NCBI RefSeq assembly: GCF_963921235.1
Contig: NC_086097.1
Coordinates: 210,864,001-210,928,000 of the forward strand
Length of the DNA stretch: 64,000 bases
Origin: Mobula hypostoma
Taxonomy: Eukaryota
Direction: 5' to 3'
Made by a program: the position numbers and the translations under genes
Shown: positions 52,681-64,000 of the stretch, in pieces
How positions within the stretch are numbered: the first letter of the stretch is position 1
Layout of the letters: the number at the start of each line of letters is the position of its first letter
The notes under the pieces: generated by a model
What the model was told of the DNA's origin: nothing
The model's database searches: none
What the model saw: only the letters and a program-made list of their open reading frames with translations

Positions 52681-53616
52681 ATGACTGTGAGGGCAGTTTG
52701 CTGTTCTCGGTGTCGGATGTGGGAGGCCCTGGAGTCTCCAAGCCTCCTGGACGTCTACATCTGCGCCAAGTGCATCGAGATGCAGCTCCTAAGGGACCGC
52801 GTTACGGAACTGGAGCTGCAGCTCGATGACCTTCGTCTGGTCAGGGAGAGCGAGGAGGTGATAGAGAGGAGTGGAAGGCAGGTGGTCACGCCGGGGCCAT
52901 GGGAGGCAGACAAGTGGGTCACGGTTAGGAGGGGGAAGGGGAAAAGGCAGGTGATGGGGAGTACCCCGGCGGCTGTGCCCCTTAACAACAGGTACTCCTG
53001 TTTGAGTACTGTTGGGGGGGACAGCTTACCCGGGGGAAGCGACAGTGGCCCTGCCTCCGGCACAGAGTCTGGCCCTGTAGCTCAGAAGGGTAGGGCAAGG
53101 AAGAGGAGGGCAGTTGTGATAGGGGACTCGATAGTAAGGGGGTCAGATAGGCGATTCTGTGGACGCAGTCCAGAGACTCGGATGGTAGTTTGCCTCCCTG
53201 GTGCCAGGGTCCGGGATATTTCTGATCGTGTCCAAGATATCCTGAAGTGGGAGGGTGAAGAGCCAGAGGTCCTGGTACATATAGGTACCAATGACATAGG
53301 TAGGAAAAGGGATGAGGTCCTGAAAGAAGAATATAGGGAGCTAGGAAGGAAGTTGAGAAAAAGGACCGCAAAGGTAGTAATCTCGGGATTACTGCCTGTG
53401 CCACGCGACAGTGAGAGTAGGAATGCGATGAGGTGGAGGATAAATGCGTGGCTGAGGGATTGGAGAAGGGGGCAGGGATTCAAGTTTTTGGATCATTGGG
53501 ACCTCTTTTGGCGCAGGTGTGACCTGTACAAAAAGGACGGGTTACACTTAAACCCTAGGGGGACCAATATCCTGGCAGGGAGATTAGCGGGGGCTACTGA
53601 GGTGACTTTAAACTAG
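52681..53616 (+). CDS. CR1 ORF1p: zinc-finger/leucine-zipper + SGNH/GDSL esterase domain
   Basis: CSRC...CAKC and heptad Leu run; GDSIVRG, PGA, HIGTND, DGLHLN. ATG at 52681. Confidence 0.9.
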   Translation: MTVRAVCCSRCRMWEALESPSLLDVYICAKCIEMQLLRDRVTELELQLDDLRLVRESEEVIERSGRQVVTPGPWEADKWVTVRRGKGKRQVMGSTPAAVPLNNRYSCLSTVGGDSLPGGSDSGPASGTESGPVAQKGRARKRRAVVIGDSIVRGSDRRFCGRSPETRMVVCLPGARVRDISDRVQDILKWEGEEPEVLVHIGTNDIGRKRDEVLKEEYRELGRKLRKRTAKVVISGLLPVPRDSESRNAMRWRINAWLRDWRRGQGFKFLDHWDLFWRRCDLYKKDGLHLNPRGTNILAGRLAGATEVTLN

Positions 53617-53621
53617 AATGG

Positions 53622-56621
53622 TTGGGGGGTGGGAATCAAATTAAAGCGGCTAGGTGTGAGGAGGTTAGTTCACAACAGAGGGATGGGAACCAGTGCAGAG
53701 AGACAGAGGGGTGTAAAGTGAGCGTAGAAGCAAAAAGTACAAAGGGGAAAAGTAAAAGTGGCAGGCCGACAAATCCAGGGCAAGCATTAAAAAGGGCTAA
53801 GAGAGTTGTAAAAGAGCGCCTGAAGGCTTTATGTGTCAATGCAAGGAGCATTCGTAATAAGGTGGATGAATTGAAAGTGCAGATTGTTATTAATGATTAT
53901 GATATAGTTGGGATCACAGAGACATGGCTCCAGGGTGACCAGGGATGGGAGCTCAACGTTCAGGGATATTCAATATTCAGGAGGGATAGACATGAAGGAA
54001 GGGGAGGTGGGGTGGCGTTGCTGGTTAAAAAAGAGATTAACGCAATAGAAAGGAAGGACATAAGCCGGGAAGATGTGGAATCGATATGGGTAGAGCTGCG
54101 TAACACTAAGGGGCAGAAGACGCTGGTGGGAGTTGTGTACAGGCCACCTAACAGTAGTAGTGAGGTCGGAGATGGTATTAAACAGGAAATTAGAAATGTG
54201 TGCAATAAAGGAACAGCAGTTATAATGGGTGACTTCAATCTACATGTAGACTGGGTGAACCAAATTGGTAAAGGTGCTGAGGAAGAGGATTTCTTGGAAT
54301 GTATGCGGGATGGTTTTTTGAACCAACATGTCGAGGAACCGACTAGAGAGCAGGCTATTCTGGACTGGGTTTTGAGCAATGAGGAAGGGTTAATTAACGA
54401 TCTTGTCGTGAGAGGCCCCTTGGGTAAGAGTGACCATAATATGGTGGAATTCTTCATTAACATGGAGAGTGACGTAGTTAATTCAGAAACAAAGGTTCTG
54501 AACTTAAAGAGGGGTAACTTTGAAGGTATGAGACGTGAATTAGCTAAGATAGACTGGCAAATGACACTTCAAGGATTGACGGTGGATATGCAATGGCAGG
54601 CATTTAAAGGTTGCATGGATGAACTACAACAATTGTTCATCCCAGTTTGGCAAAAGAATAAATCAAGGAAGGTAGTGCACCCGTGGCTGACAAGAGAAAT
54701 TAGGGATAGTATCAATTCCAAAGAAATAGCATACAAATTAGCCAGAGAAAGTGGCTCACCTGAGGACTGGGAGAAATTCAGAGTTCAGCAGAGGAGGACA
54801 AAGGGCTTAATTAGGAAGGGGAAAAAAGATTATGAGAGAAAACTGGCAGAGAACATAAAAACGGACTGTAAAAGCTTTTATAGATATGTAAAAAGGAAAA
54901 GACTGATAAAGACAAATGTAGGTCCCCTGCAAACAGAAACAGGTGAATTGATTATGGGGAGCAAGGACATGGCAGACCAATTGAATAATTACTTTGGTTC
55001 TGTCTTCACTAAGGAGGACATAAATAATCTTCCAGAAATAGTAAGGGACAGAGGGTCCAGTGAGATGGAGGAACTGAGCGAAATACATGTTAGTAGGGAA
55101 GTGGTGTTAGGTAAATTGAAGGGATTGAAGGCAGATAAATCCCCAGGGCCAGATGGTCTGCATCCCAGAGTGCTTAAGGAAGTGGCCCAAGAAATAGTGG
55201 ACGCATTAGTGATAATTTTTCAAAACTCGTTAGATTCTGGACTAGTTCCTGAGGATTGGAGGGTGGCTAATGTAACCCCACTTTTTAAAAAAGGAGGGAG
55301 AGAGAAACCGGGGAATTATAGGCCGGTTAGCCTAACGTCGGTGGTGGGGAAACTGCTGGAGTCAGTTATCAAAGATGTGATAACAGCACATTTGGAAAGC
55401 GGTGAAATCATCGGACAAAGTCAGCATGGATTTGTGAAAGGAAAATCATGTCTGACGAATCTCATAGAATTTTTTGAGGATGTAACTAGTAGAGTGGATA
55501 GGGGAGAACCAGTGGATGTGGTATATTTGGATTTTCAAAAGGCTTTTGACAAGGTCCCACACAGGAGATTAGTGTGCAAACTTAAAGCACACGGTATTGG
55601 GGGTAAGGTATTGGTGTGGGTGGAGAATTGGTTAGCAGACAGGAAGCAAAGAGTGGGAATAAACGGGACCTTTTCAGAATGGCAGGCGGTGACTAGTGGG
55701 GTACCGCCAGGCTCAGTGCTGGGACCCCAGTTGTTTACAATATATATTAATGACTTGGATGAGGGAATTAAATGCAGCATCTCCAAGTTTGCGGATGACA
55801 CAAAGCTGGGTGGCAGTGTTAGCAGTGAGGAGGATGCTAAGAGGATGCAGGGTGACTTGGATAGGTTGGGTGAGTGGGCAAACTCATGGCAGATGCAATT
55901 TAATGTGGATAAATGTGAAGTTATCCACTTTGGTGGCAAAAATAGGAAAACAGATTATTATCTGAATGGTGGCCGATTAGGAAAAGGGGAGGTGCAACGA
56001 GACCTGGGTGTCATTATACACCAGTCATTGAAAGTGGGCATGCAGGTACAGCAGGCGGTGAAAAAAGCGAACGGTATGCTGGCATTTATAGCGAGAGGAT
56101 TCGAGTACAGGAGCAGGGAGGTACTACTGCAGTTGTAAAAGGCCTTGGTGAGACCACACCTGGAGTATTGTGTGCAGTTTTGGTCCCCTAATCTGAGGAA
56201 AGACATCTTTGCCATAGAGGGAGTACAAAGAAGGTTCACCAGATTGATTCCTGGGATGGCAGGTCTTTCATATGAAGGAAGACTGGATGAACTGGGCTTG
56301 TACTCATTGGAATTTAGAAGATTGAGGGGGGATCTGATTGAAACGTATAAGATCCTAAAGGGATTGGACAGGCTAGATGCGGGAAGATTGTTCCCGATGT
56401 TGGGGAGGTCTAGAACGAGGGGTCACAGTTTGAGGATAGAGGGGAAGCCTTTTAGGACCGAGGTTAGGAAAAACTTCTTCACACAGAGAGTGGTGAATCT
56501 GTGGAATTCTCTGCCACAGCAAACTGTTGAGGCCAGTTCATTAGCTATGTTTAAAAGGAAGTTAGATATGGCCCTTGTGGCTACAGGGGTCAGGGGGTAT
56601 GGAGGGAAGGCTGGGTTCTGA
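53622..56621 (+). pseudogene. CR1 ORF2 (APE-RT) with a single premature stop
   Basis: VNARSI, ITETWL, GDFN, SDH, FADD. TAC>TAA at 56136-56138; the frame continues to 56621. Confidence 0.93.
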
Positions 56622-59270
56622 GTTGGATGATCAGCCATGATCATAATAAATGGCGGTGCAGGCTCGAAGGGCCGAATGGCCTACTCCTGCACCTATTTTC
56701 TATGTTTCTATGTTTCTATGCACCTCAGGGCTGTGCAATTAGTCCCCTGCTCTACTTGGTTTGCACCTATGTCTGTGTGGCTAAGTACAAGTTGCTGGTG
56801 ACGCCACAATTGTGGGCAAAGTCAAAGGTGGTGATGAATCAGCAAACAGGAGGGAGACTGAAAATTTGGCTGAGTGGTGTAATAACAACAAAACAACCTC
56901 ACACTCAATGTCAGCAAAACCAAGGAACTGATTGTAGACTTCAAGAGAGGGAAAACAGGGGACCTTAAGCCAGTATCTTCAGAGGATCAGAGGTGGAGAG
57001 ATTTAGCAATTTTCATTCCTGTGTGTCACTGTCTCAGAGAACCTCTCCCAGACCCAAGACAAAAGTGCAATTGCGAAGAAAGCACGGCAGTGCCTCTACT
57101 TCCTTAGGAGTCTACGGAAACTTGGCATGAATTCTAAAACTTTAACAAACTTCTACAGATGTGGAGAGAATATTGACTGGATGCTTCACAGCCTGGTAGC
57201 GAAACGCCAATGCCTTTGAATGAAAAATCCTACTAAATGTAGTGGATTTGTCCCAGTATATTATGGGTAAAGCCTTCCCAACCAATGAGAACATATATGT
57301 GATATTCTATCATTGGAAAGCAGCATCCAGCATCAGAGATCCTCAACACCCAGGCCATGCTCCTTTCTTGCTGCTGCCATCAGATAGAAGATACAAGAGC
57401 CTTGGGATTCACTCCAGCAGGTTCAAGAACAGTTACTGCCCTACAACCATCAGGCTCTTGAACAAAGGGGATAACTACACTCACTTGCCCATCCAGTGAG
57501 ATGCTCCCACAACCAATTATCTCATTTTAAGGACTCTTTATTTTGTTACCTCATGTTGTCGTTATTTATTGCTATTTATTTATGTTTGCATTTACACAAT
57601 CTGTTGCCTTCTGCACTCTAGTTGATATTTCATTGATTCTGGTCCAGTTACTGTCCGTATCTACACTGTGTGTTGCTTCAGGAAGGTTAGCAGCATTATT
57701 AAAGATGCCTGCCACACTGGCCATTACCTTTCTCTTCTACCTATCAGGAAGAAGATACAGGAGCTTGAAAGCTCAGATGTCCAGACGTAAGAAGAATTTC
57801 ATCATCACATCTATCAAACTCCTGAACCAATCACATCTTTCACACCTCTTCCCGGTAGTTACTACCAAGTTCACTTCTTCTTAAGTCTACCTCACTTAGT
57901 TATTCCACCACTGTCACTTTAGTTCTTTTTTTTGCGCTACAATTTTTGCATCATTCTATGAATTTATGTTCACTGTGTACTGACTGTTAAATTCATTATT
58001 ACTTGTATTATTACATTGTTATCCTGATAAAAGGGTCTCAGTCCAAAACGTCAACCATTTATTCCTTTTCATAGATGCTGCTGAGTTCCTCCAGTATTTT
58101 GCATCTGTTGTGTTATTGTTCTGTTTACTCTGTCAGCTTCATGCAAGTAAGGACTTTCAATGCACTTTGGAATACATGACAATTAACTAATCAAATATAA
58201 TTTCTTCTGAATCTAATCAGATAATTATTAGGCAATTTCACCCACGCTCGGCTTTCATTACCATGCGTCATCATTTCTTCTTTCCATTTAAAGTCTCTTG
58301 TCTCAGTCTTTCACAGTCTTTGCCTTTGTTCTCTTCTTCTCAGTACTCCCTATTTCACCCTCTCCCCAGCCAATTTCATTTCACTGTCTTTCTCTGCATC
58401 TTAATACTAATTATTTCTAATCGTTCTCAATACTGATAAAGGGTCTTTGGGCGTCATCTCCTCACAGATGCTATCTGATTTGCTCAGTGTCCCCAGTAAT
58501 TGTTTTTATTTTATATAAGAGAAACAGTACAGTGATAAAACATAAGTGAAACTAGGAACATAAGAGTCTGCAAGTGCTGGAACCTGGAGAAGAAAACAAA
58601 CCACTGGAGGAACTCGGCAGGTTGATCAGCATCTGTGGGTGGTGAGGTAAGGGATTGTCAAAATATCAGTCAAGACCTTGCATCAGGACTAAGAGTGGAG
58701 AGAGGAGATAGCCAATATAAAGACATGAAGGGGAAATTGAGTCACGGGCCAGGAGGTTACAGGTGGGCAGTGAAAGGGTGAAGGATAATGAGTAGGAAAT
58801 ATTTCTCGGACTTATGCTGTCAGCCTCCTCCCTTCATACAGAAGTAAGGATGTCATCCCTTTCTCCCAGTTCCTCTGTCTCCATCTATTTCAAGATATCC
58901 AAATAAATCCTCCTAATTAATAAAATATGGTTTGCCTTCTATTGTGGTCAGTGAAGCCTTCTCTTGCATTTCCTCCGTTTCTCAGACTTCTGAATTCATT
59001 CCCTCTCAAAAAAGAATTTCACCCACTAAATTCCCTCTCCAGTTTGGTTCTGTTTTCCCTTCATTTCTCCTCTAATGTTCTCATTATCACCTTCCTTACA
59101 TTGGATTCCAGCACTGGCATTCTTTATGCTCAGGCTTGTCCCTCCAGCAGCCATCTCTACTTGACCATTCCCACTCCTTATCTTGCACCTGATGCCTTTT
59201 CTTCTTTGTCTGTTTCCAGCAATCACCCACCTGCTTCTGGCTCCCAGCTCCACACCTACATCAACTACAT

Positions 59271-59576
59271 CTATAGGCATCCGTTAGTCTTGTGAGACCA
59301 TGGATTTCTGCCTTGGAAGGTGTCCAGGGTGCAGGCCTGGGCAAGGTTGTATGGAAGACTGGCAGTTGCCCATGCTGCAAGTCTCCCCTCTCCATGCCAC
59401 CGATGTTGTCCAAGGGAAGGGCATTAGGGTCGATACAGCTTGGCACTGGAGTGGTCGCAGAGCAATGTGTGGTTAAGTGCCTTGCTCAAGGACACACACG
59501 CTGCCTCAGCCAAGGCTGGAACTAGCGACCTTCAGATCACTAGACCAACCCCTCAACCACTTGGCCACGCACCAAC
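59271..59576 (-). mobile_element. tRNA-derived SINE (same family as 23741-24060)
   Basis: Collinear with the first copy. 13-bp TSD acatcaactacat at 59258-59270 / 59577-59589. Confidence 0.88.
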
Positions 59577-59908
59577 ACATCAACTACATACCATTCTATA
59601 ATACCTCATATATTCATTTTTAATGGGTAAGATGCTTACAATTTTACAAGAGCATGGTAGATTTTAATTATCTACAATATTTCAATTGTAGATGTCATAA
59701 CATGCAATTTTAATCTTTCATTTTCTGACTGTGTGAACTCATGGTTAAGCAATTAACGTCAGCTCCCTTCATATCGACCAATCATTTTAAAATAGCAACT
59801 AATAAAAGTCCTGGAATTCAATGAATAAATTGCACTGACTATTTATGCAGACTCATTACATGGAGGAGGAGGTGTTTAAATTGACCTTTTTTTGCTCTCA
59901 ATATACAG

Positions 59909-59971
59909 AATGGAACTTGATGATTCTGTAAACCAAGCCTACACAATTGCTCTTAATGTAGGTGCTATTTG
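59909..59971 (+). CDS. Candidate 63-nt host exon, phase 2/2 (MELDDSVNQAYTIALNVGAI)
   Basis: ttgac branch-like site, T-tract, acag acceptor, consensus G|gtaagt donor. Only one open frame; length divisible by 3. Confidence 0.55.
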
Positions 59972-60259
59972 GTAAGTGATAAAGTAGTATGAGGAATAAG
60001 TAAGATACAACAGGTCCAGGTACAATCTCTGCAAAACCATCTCATGTGGAAAGTGGCAATTCCAGACTAAACTTGAATCAACAATGTGTGATCAACTGCT
60101 GTGGCAGGGTTTGAATGCTAGCACTTCTTACAAAGCGACATAGGTGACAACAAGACCTTGCTCCCAAATGAGTTTCATGCCTTCTATATGCACTTTGACC
60201 ATCAAAACATGGCGGAATCTTCATGAACAGTCCCCATGCCCCTGTGATTTCAGTCTCTG

Positions 60260-61480
60260 AGGCTGATGTGAGGGCACCTTTCAGGAGGGAGAACTCACGG
60301 AAAGCATCCAGCCCATATGGGATACATGGCTGAGTACTAAAAACCAGTGCTGGAGTGTTCACCAATATCTTTAAACTCTTGCTTCAGCAGTCTGAGATAC
60401 CCACATCAGGAAACTCTCTATCGACTACAGAGCATTCAAGACCATCATCCCCTCACAACTAATTAATAAGCTTCAAAAATTTACCATCAATACCTTCTTG
60501 TGCAATTAGATCCTCAATTTCTTCATCTGAAGACCCCAGTCAGTTCAGGTTGGCAACAACATTTCCGCCACAGTCTCCATCAACATAGGTGTACCACAAG
60601 GCTGTGGGCTTAGCCACCTGCTCTTCTTGCTTTATACTTATGACTGTGAGACTATTGCTCCAATGCCATATTTTAATTTGCTGACGACACCAGTGACATT
60701 GGCCGAATCAAAGGTGGTGACAAGTTGGCATATAAGAGGGAGATTAAAAATGTGACCGAGTGGTGCTACAACAACAACCTCTCATTCAATATTAGTAAGA
60801 CCAAGGAGCTTATTATCCACTTCAGGAGAGGAAACCAGAGGTCTATGAGCTAGTCCTCATTGGGGCATTGGGGAAGCAGAGGTGGAGAGGGTCAGAAACA
60901 TTAAATTCCTCAGTGTTATCATTTCAGAGGACCTGTCCTGGACCCAGCACGTAATTGCTATTATGAGAAAGCATGGCAGCACCTCAACTACCTTAGATGT
61001 TTGTGAAGATTCGGCATGATATATAAAACTTTGACAACCTCTATAGATGTGTATATTGCCTGGCTACAATGTGGCCAAGTATGGAAACACTTGGTACAGG
61101 AATCTCAGGATCCACCCCACCAGGTAGTGAAACAGTTATCACCCTTCAACCATCAGGCTCTTGGACCAGAGGGGACAACTTCATGCGTCCCATCACTGAT
61201 CTGTTCCCACAACCCATGGACTCACTTTCAAGTACTATACGTGTCATGTTCTCTAGATTTATTGCTTATGTATTTGCTTGTTTATTTGTTTTTCTCTCTT
61301 TTGTATTTGCAGTTTTTTGTCTCTTGCACATTGGTTGTTTCTCCATCCTGTTGGGTGATGACTTCCGTTGATTTTATTGTCTTTCTTAGATTGATTGTGC
61401 AAGAAAACCAATCTCAGGGTTGTATGTGGTGACATATATTGTATATACTTTGTTAATAAATGTACTTTGAACTTTGACCT
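60260..61480 (+). mobile_element. Decayed Rex1/Babar fragment
   Basis: GVPQGCGLS, FADDT, KTKELII. Tail ataaatgtactttgaactttga. Confidence 0.85.
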
Positions 61481-62429
61481 TTTGGGCTTGCTTTCAGTTC
61501 TGAGTCAGGTTGATTTTGAAAACTCCAACATAAGCTCGACTAATATTTAGGGAAATATTGAGGGTATATTTGATAGTGCATGTCCTGTTTGTCCTCAGGA
61601 TCACATATTATTTGAGAAAGAACACGACTCAGACTGTAATTTTAGGTTAACCATCTCATGGCTTCACTTTGACTTGTGCCATGCCTTAGTGTAACAGTGG
61701 AGGACAACACTTTGATCTCCTTCCTAGCAACTAAAACAAATCCTTCCAGAGATTAAACAGAGGATGTTGATCAGTCTCTTTGGTGGTTTCAAGCCAACAG
61801 AATTTACTGAACCTTTCATTGAAAATCTGCTGAAAAATTTATTTCCCAAATTATACAGCTAAAAAACTGTTTGCCTCAACTGAAACAGGTACCCTAGAAA
61901 TAGAAATACTTTGCAATAATTATCATTAACACTGTCATTGTAAGAAAATCTACGTACACTGGTTACAACAATTGTTCTGTAAGTTTGAATTTAGAATCTT
62001 ATGAAAAACTGCCTCTAACCACAATCCATTATATGAGCTCATTATCTTATACTACCAGCAGTCTTTGCATTGGATAATGTGCACACATTTACAAAGTACC
62101 CTAGGTGTGCGAACACATCCAAAGGCATTTCACTGTATGATCTGGACTCCTTTCAAAGATCTCAGATTATCAAAAAGGTTGAGGATTGGTGTAATTTATT
62201 GGTTCATAAAGAAACACCGGTTTCACAAGACAATAAACTAATTTTGCCAATATATTTTGAAATAAAGAATCATGCAAGACACATAAAAACAGATCTGCAA
62301 ATGATATAACATCTAGACCATTCAGTCAAATGATAAACAGTTCGAAGAATCTATCTTGATCATGGATAGCTTAATTGGTTTATTTCAAAGAGACTATCAA
62401 ATATCCCATTGGTTCCTTATTACTTCAAT

Positions 62430-63342
62430 TTGAATCAAAGGTGGTGATGAATTCACATGTAAGAGGGAGATTGAAAATCCGGCTGAATGGTGCTCCAACA
62501 ATAACCTCTCACTCAATGTTGCCAAGACAAAGGAGCAGATTATTAACTTCAGGAGGAGGAAACCAGGTCACGTCCTCATCGGAGGATCAGAGGAGGAGAG
62601 GGTCAGTAACTTTAAATTCCTCAGCGTTAACATTTTGGAGTGTCTGTCCTGGGCCAAGCACGTAAGTGCAAATACAAAGAAAGCATGACATTGCCTCTAC
62701 TTCATTAGGAGTTTGCTAAGATTTGGTATGACACCTAAAACTCACAGCCTGGTATGGAAGCATCTATATCCTTGAAGGGAAAATCCTACAAAAAGGCTCA
62801 TTCCATCACAGGTAAAGTCCTTCCCACCATGGAGCACATCTACACGGAGGGTCGTTGTAAGGAAGCAGCATCCATCATCAGGGAACCCTATCACCCAGGA
62901 CATTCTTTCTTTTCACTGCTGCTGTCAGGAAGAAGGTACAGGAGCTTCAGAACCCAAGTCACCGGGTCCAGGAAAAGATATTACCCCTCAAACATTAGAA
63001 TCTTGAACCAAAAGGGATAATTTAAATTAACTTCACTTTGGCCCATCACAGAAAAGTTCCCATGACCTATGCACTCACTTTCAAGGACTCTCTATCATAT
63101 GTTCTCAAAATTTATTGCTTATTTATTTATTATTATTATTAATTTCTTTTTGTACTGCACAATTTGTTGTCTTTCACAAATTGGTTGAATGTCTAAGTTG
63201 GTGTGATTTTTCAGTGACCTTATTAAGGTTATTATTCAGTTACGGATTTATTGAGTATGCCTACAAGTAAATGAATCTTATAGTCGTATATAGTGACATA
63301 TATGTACTTTATTAATCGATTTACTTTGAACTTTAAACTTTG
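62430..63342 (+). mobile_element. Decayed Rex1/Babar 3' fragment
   Basis: HPGHSFFSLLLSGRRYRS, (ATT)n in the 3' UTR, (ACTTTGA)n tail. Confidence 0.85.
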
Positions 63343-63654
63343 AATTATTGGTGGTTCATTCACAAATATATGTGGACCTTGATGTACCTCCCAATGTCCA
63401 ATTCTGGCTGTACTCGGACAGTTCAACTGGATAAGATAATTTTCTGAACACACTGGTTTAATTAATAAGTGCTATCAGTTTCATAGTATTGATACCAAAA
63501 TGTTTCTTTCTTCCACCCAATTTCAAGCTACAGAGTATATTCACCTTCTCAGAGGAATGTAGCCAGGTTTTACATGGTTCTTTCAGACACACGGCAGCTG
63601 CTTTCAGAGATTTGGAGCTTCAGCTGGATAACTTCTTTTGTTCTTTCATCCTAT

Positions 63655-64000
63655 TGGTAAATTGGATTAGACATTGGCTCGATGGAAGAAGCCAGAGAGT
63701 GGTGGTAGAGAATTGCTTCTCTGAGTCAAGGCCTGTGACTAGTGGTGTGCCACAGGGATCAGTGCTGGGTCCATTGTTATTTGTCATCTATATCAATGAT
63801 CTGGATGATAATGTGGTAAATTGGATCAGCAAGTTTGCTGATGATACAAAGATTGGAGGTGTAGTGGACAGTGAGGAAGGTTTTCAGAGCCTGCAGAGGG
63901 ACTTGGACCAGCCGGAAAAATGGGCTGAAAAATGGCAGATGGAGTTTAATACAGACAAGTGTGAGGTATTGCACGTTGGAAGGACAAACCAATGTAGAAC
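63655..64000 (+). mobile_element. CR1 RT fragment running off the right edge
   Basis: VNWIRHWLDGRSQRVVV...VTSGVPQGSVLGPLLFVIYINDLD...KFADDTKIGG. Confidence 0.93.

Larger units (their letters stand above)
52598..56719 (+). mobile_element. Near full-length young CR1 LINE
   Basis: Short 5' leader, ORF1, ORF2, 3' UTR and (TTTCTATG)n tail. Confidence 0.97.
52110..57650 (+). mobile_element. Decayed Rex1/Babar copy split by CR1 (52110-52597 and 56720-57650)
   Basis: VPGRVLK...CFERL...ISVST | APQGCAISPLLY rejoins across the CR1. Confidence 0.88.

Noticed and set aside
1..56719. Segmental duplication explaining the near-identity of 1-2710 and 54009-56719
   Set aside because: Identity stops at the CR1 tail and the 3' flanks differ.
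63588..63656. Exon-like segment ending in gtaaat
   Set aside because: The apparent donor is the first bases of the CR1 fragment (VNWIRHW).
1..64000. CRISPR array, retron or other prokaryotic RT system
   Set aside because: No regularly spaced repeat-spacer array or operon structure. All RTs are eukaryotic non-LTR types with typical tails and TSDs.

Overview
Repeat-dominated vertebrate intronic/intergenic DNA. It is probably from a cartilaginous fish (ray/shark); this is inferred from the CR1, Rex1/Babar and V-SINE-like repeat landscape and cannot be proven here. All long ORFs are retrotransposon-derived. There are three young CR1 LINEs (1-2710, 18621-20858, and a near full-length copy at 52598-56719 with an esterase ORF1), a young 5'-truncated L1 with a 17-bp TSD (46707-49542), a near full-length frameshifted Rex1/Babar LINE (39865-43011), two R4/Dong-type elements in (TAA)n tracts, an RTE fragment, solo LTRs, SINEs, a Tigger-like MITE and many Penelope-like remnants. 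Main observations: (1) Penelope-derived repeats carry minimal type I hammerhead ribozyme motifs, including a TSD-flanked ~475-bp fold-back insertion with an intact motif on each strand; (2) a truncated R4/Dong copy is fused at a 5-bp microhomology to a ~210-bp copy of sequence lying 3.3 kb away; (3) an ~11-kb multi-level nested insertion stack at 16960-28110; (4) a few small candidate + strand host exons that I cannot assign to a gene. I found no CRISPR array, operon, rRNA or true tRNA gene, and I cannot claim a wholly new system from sequence alone.
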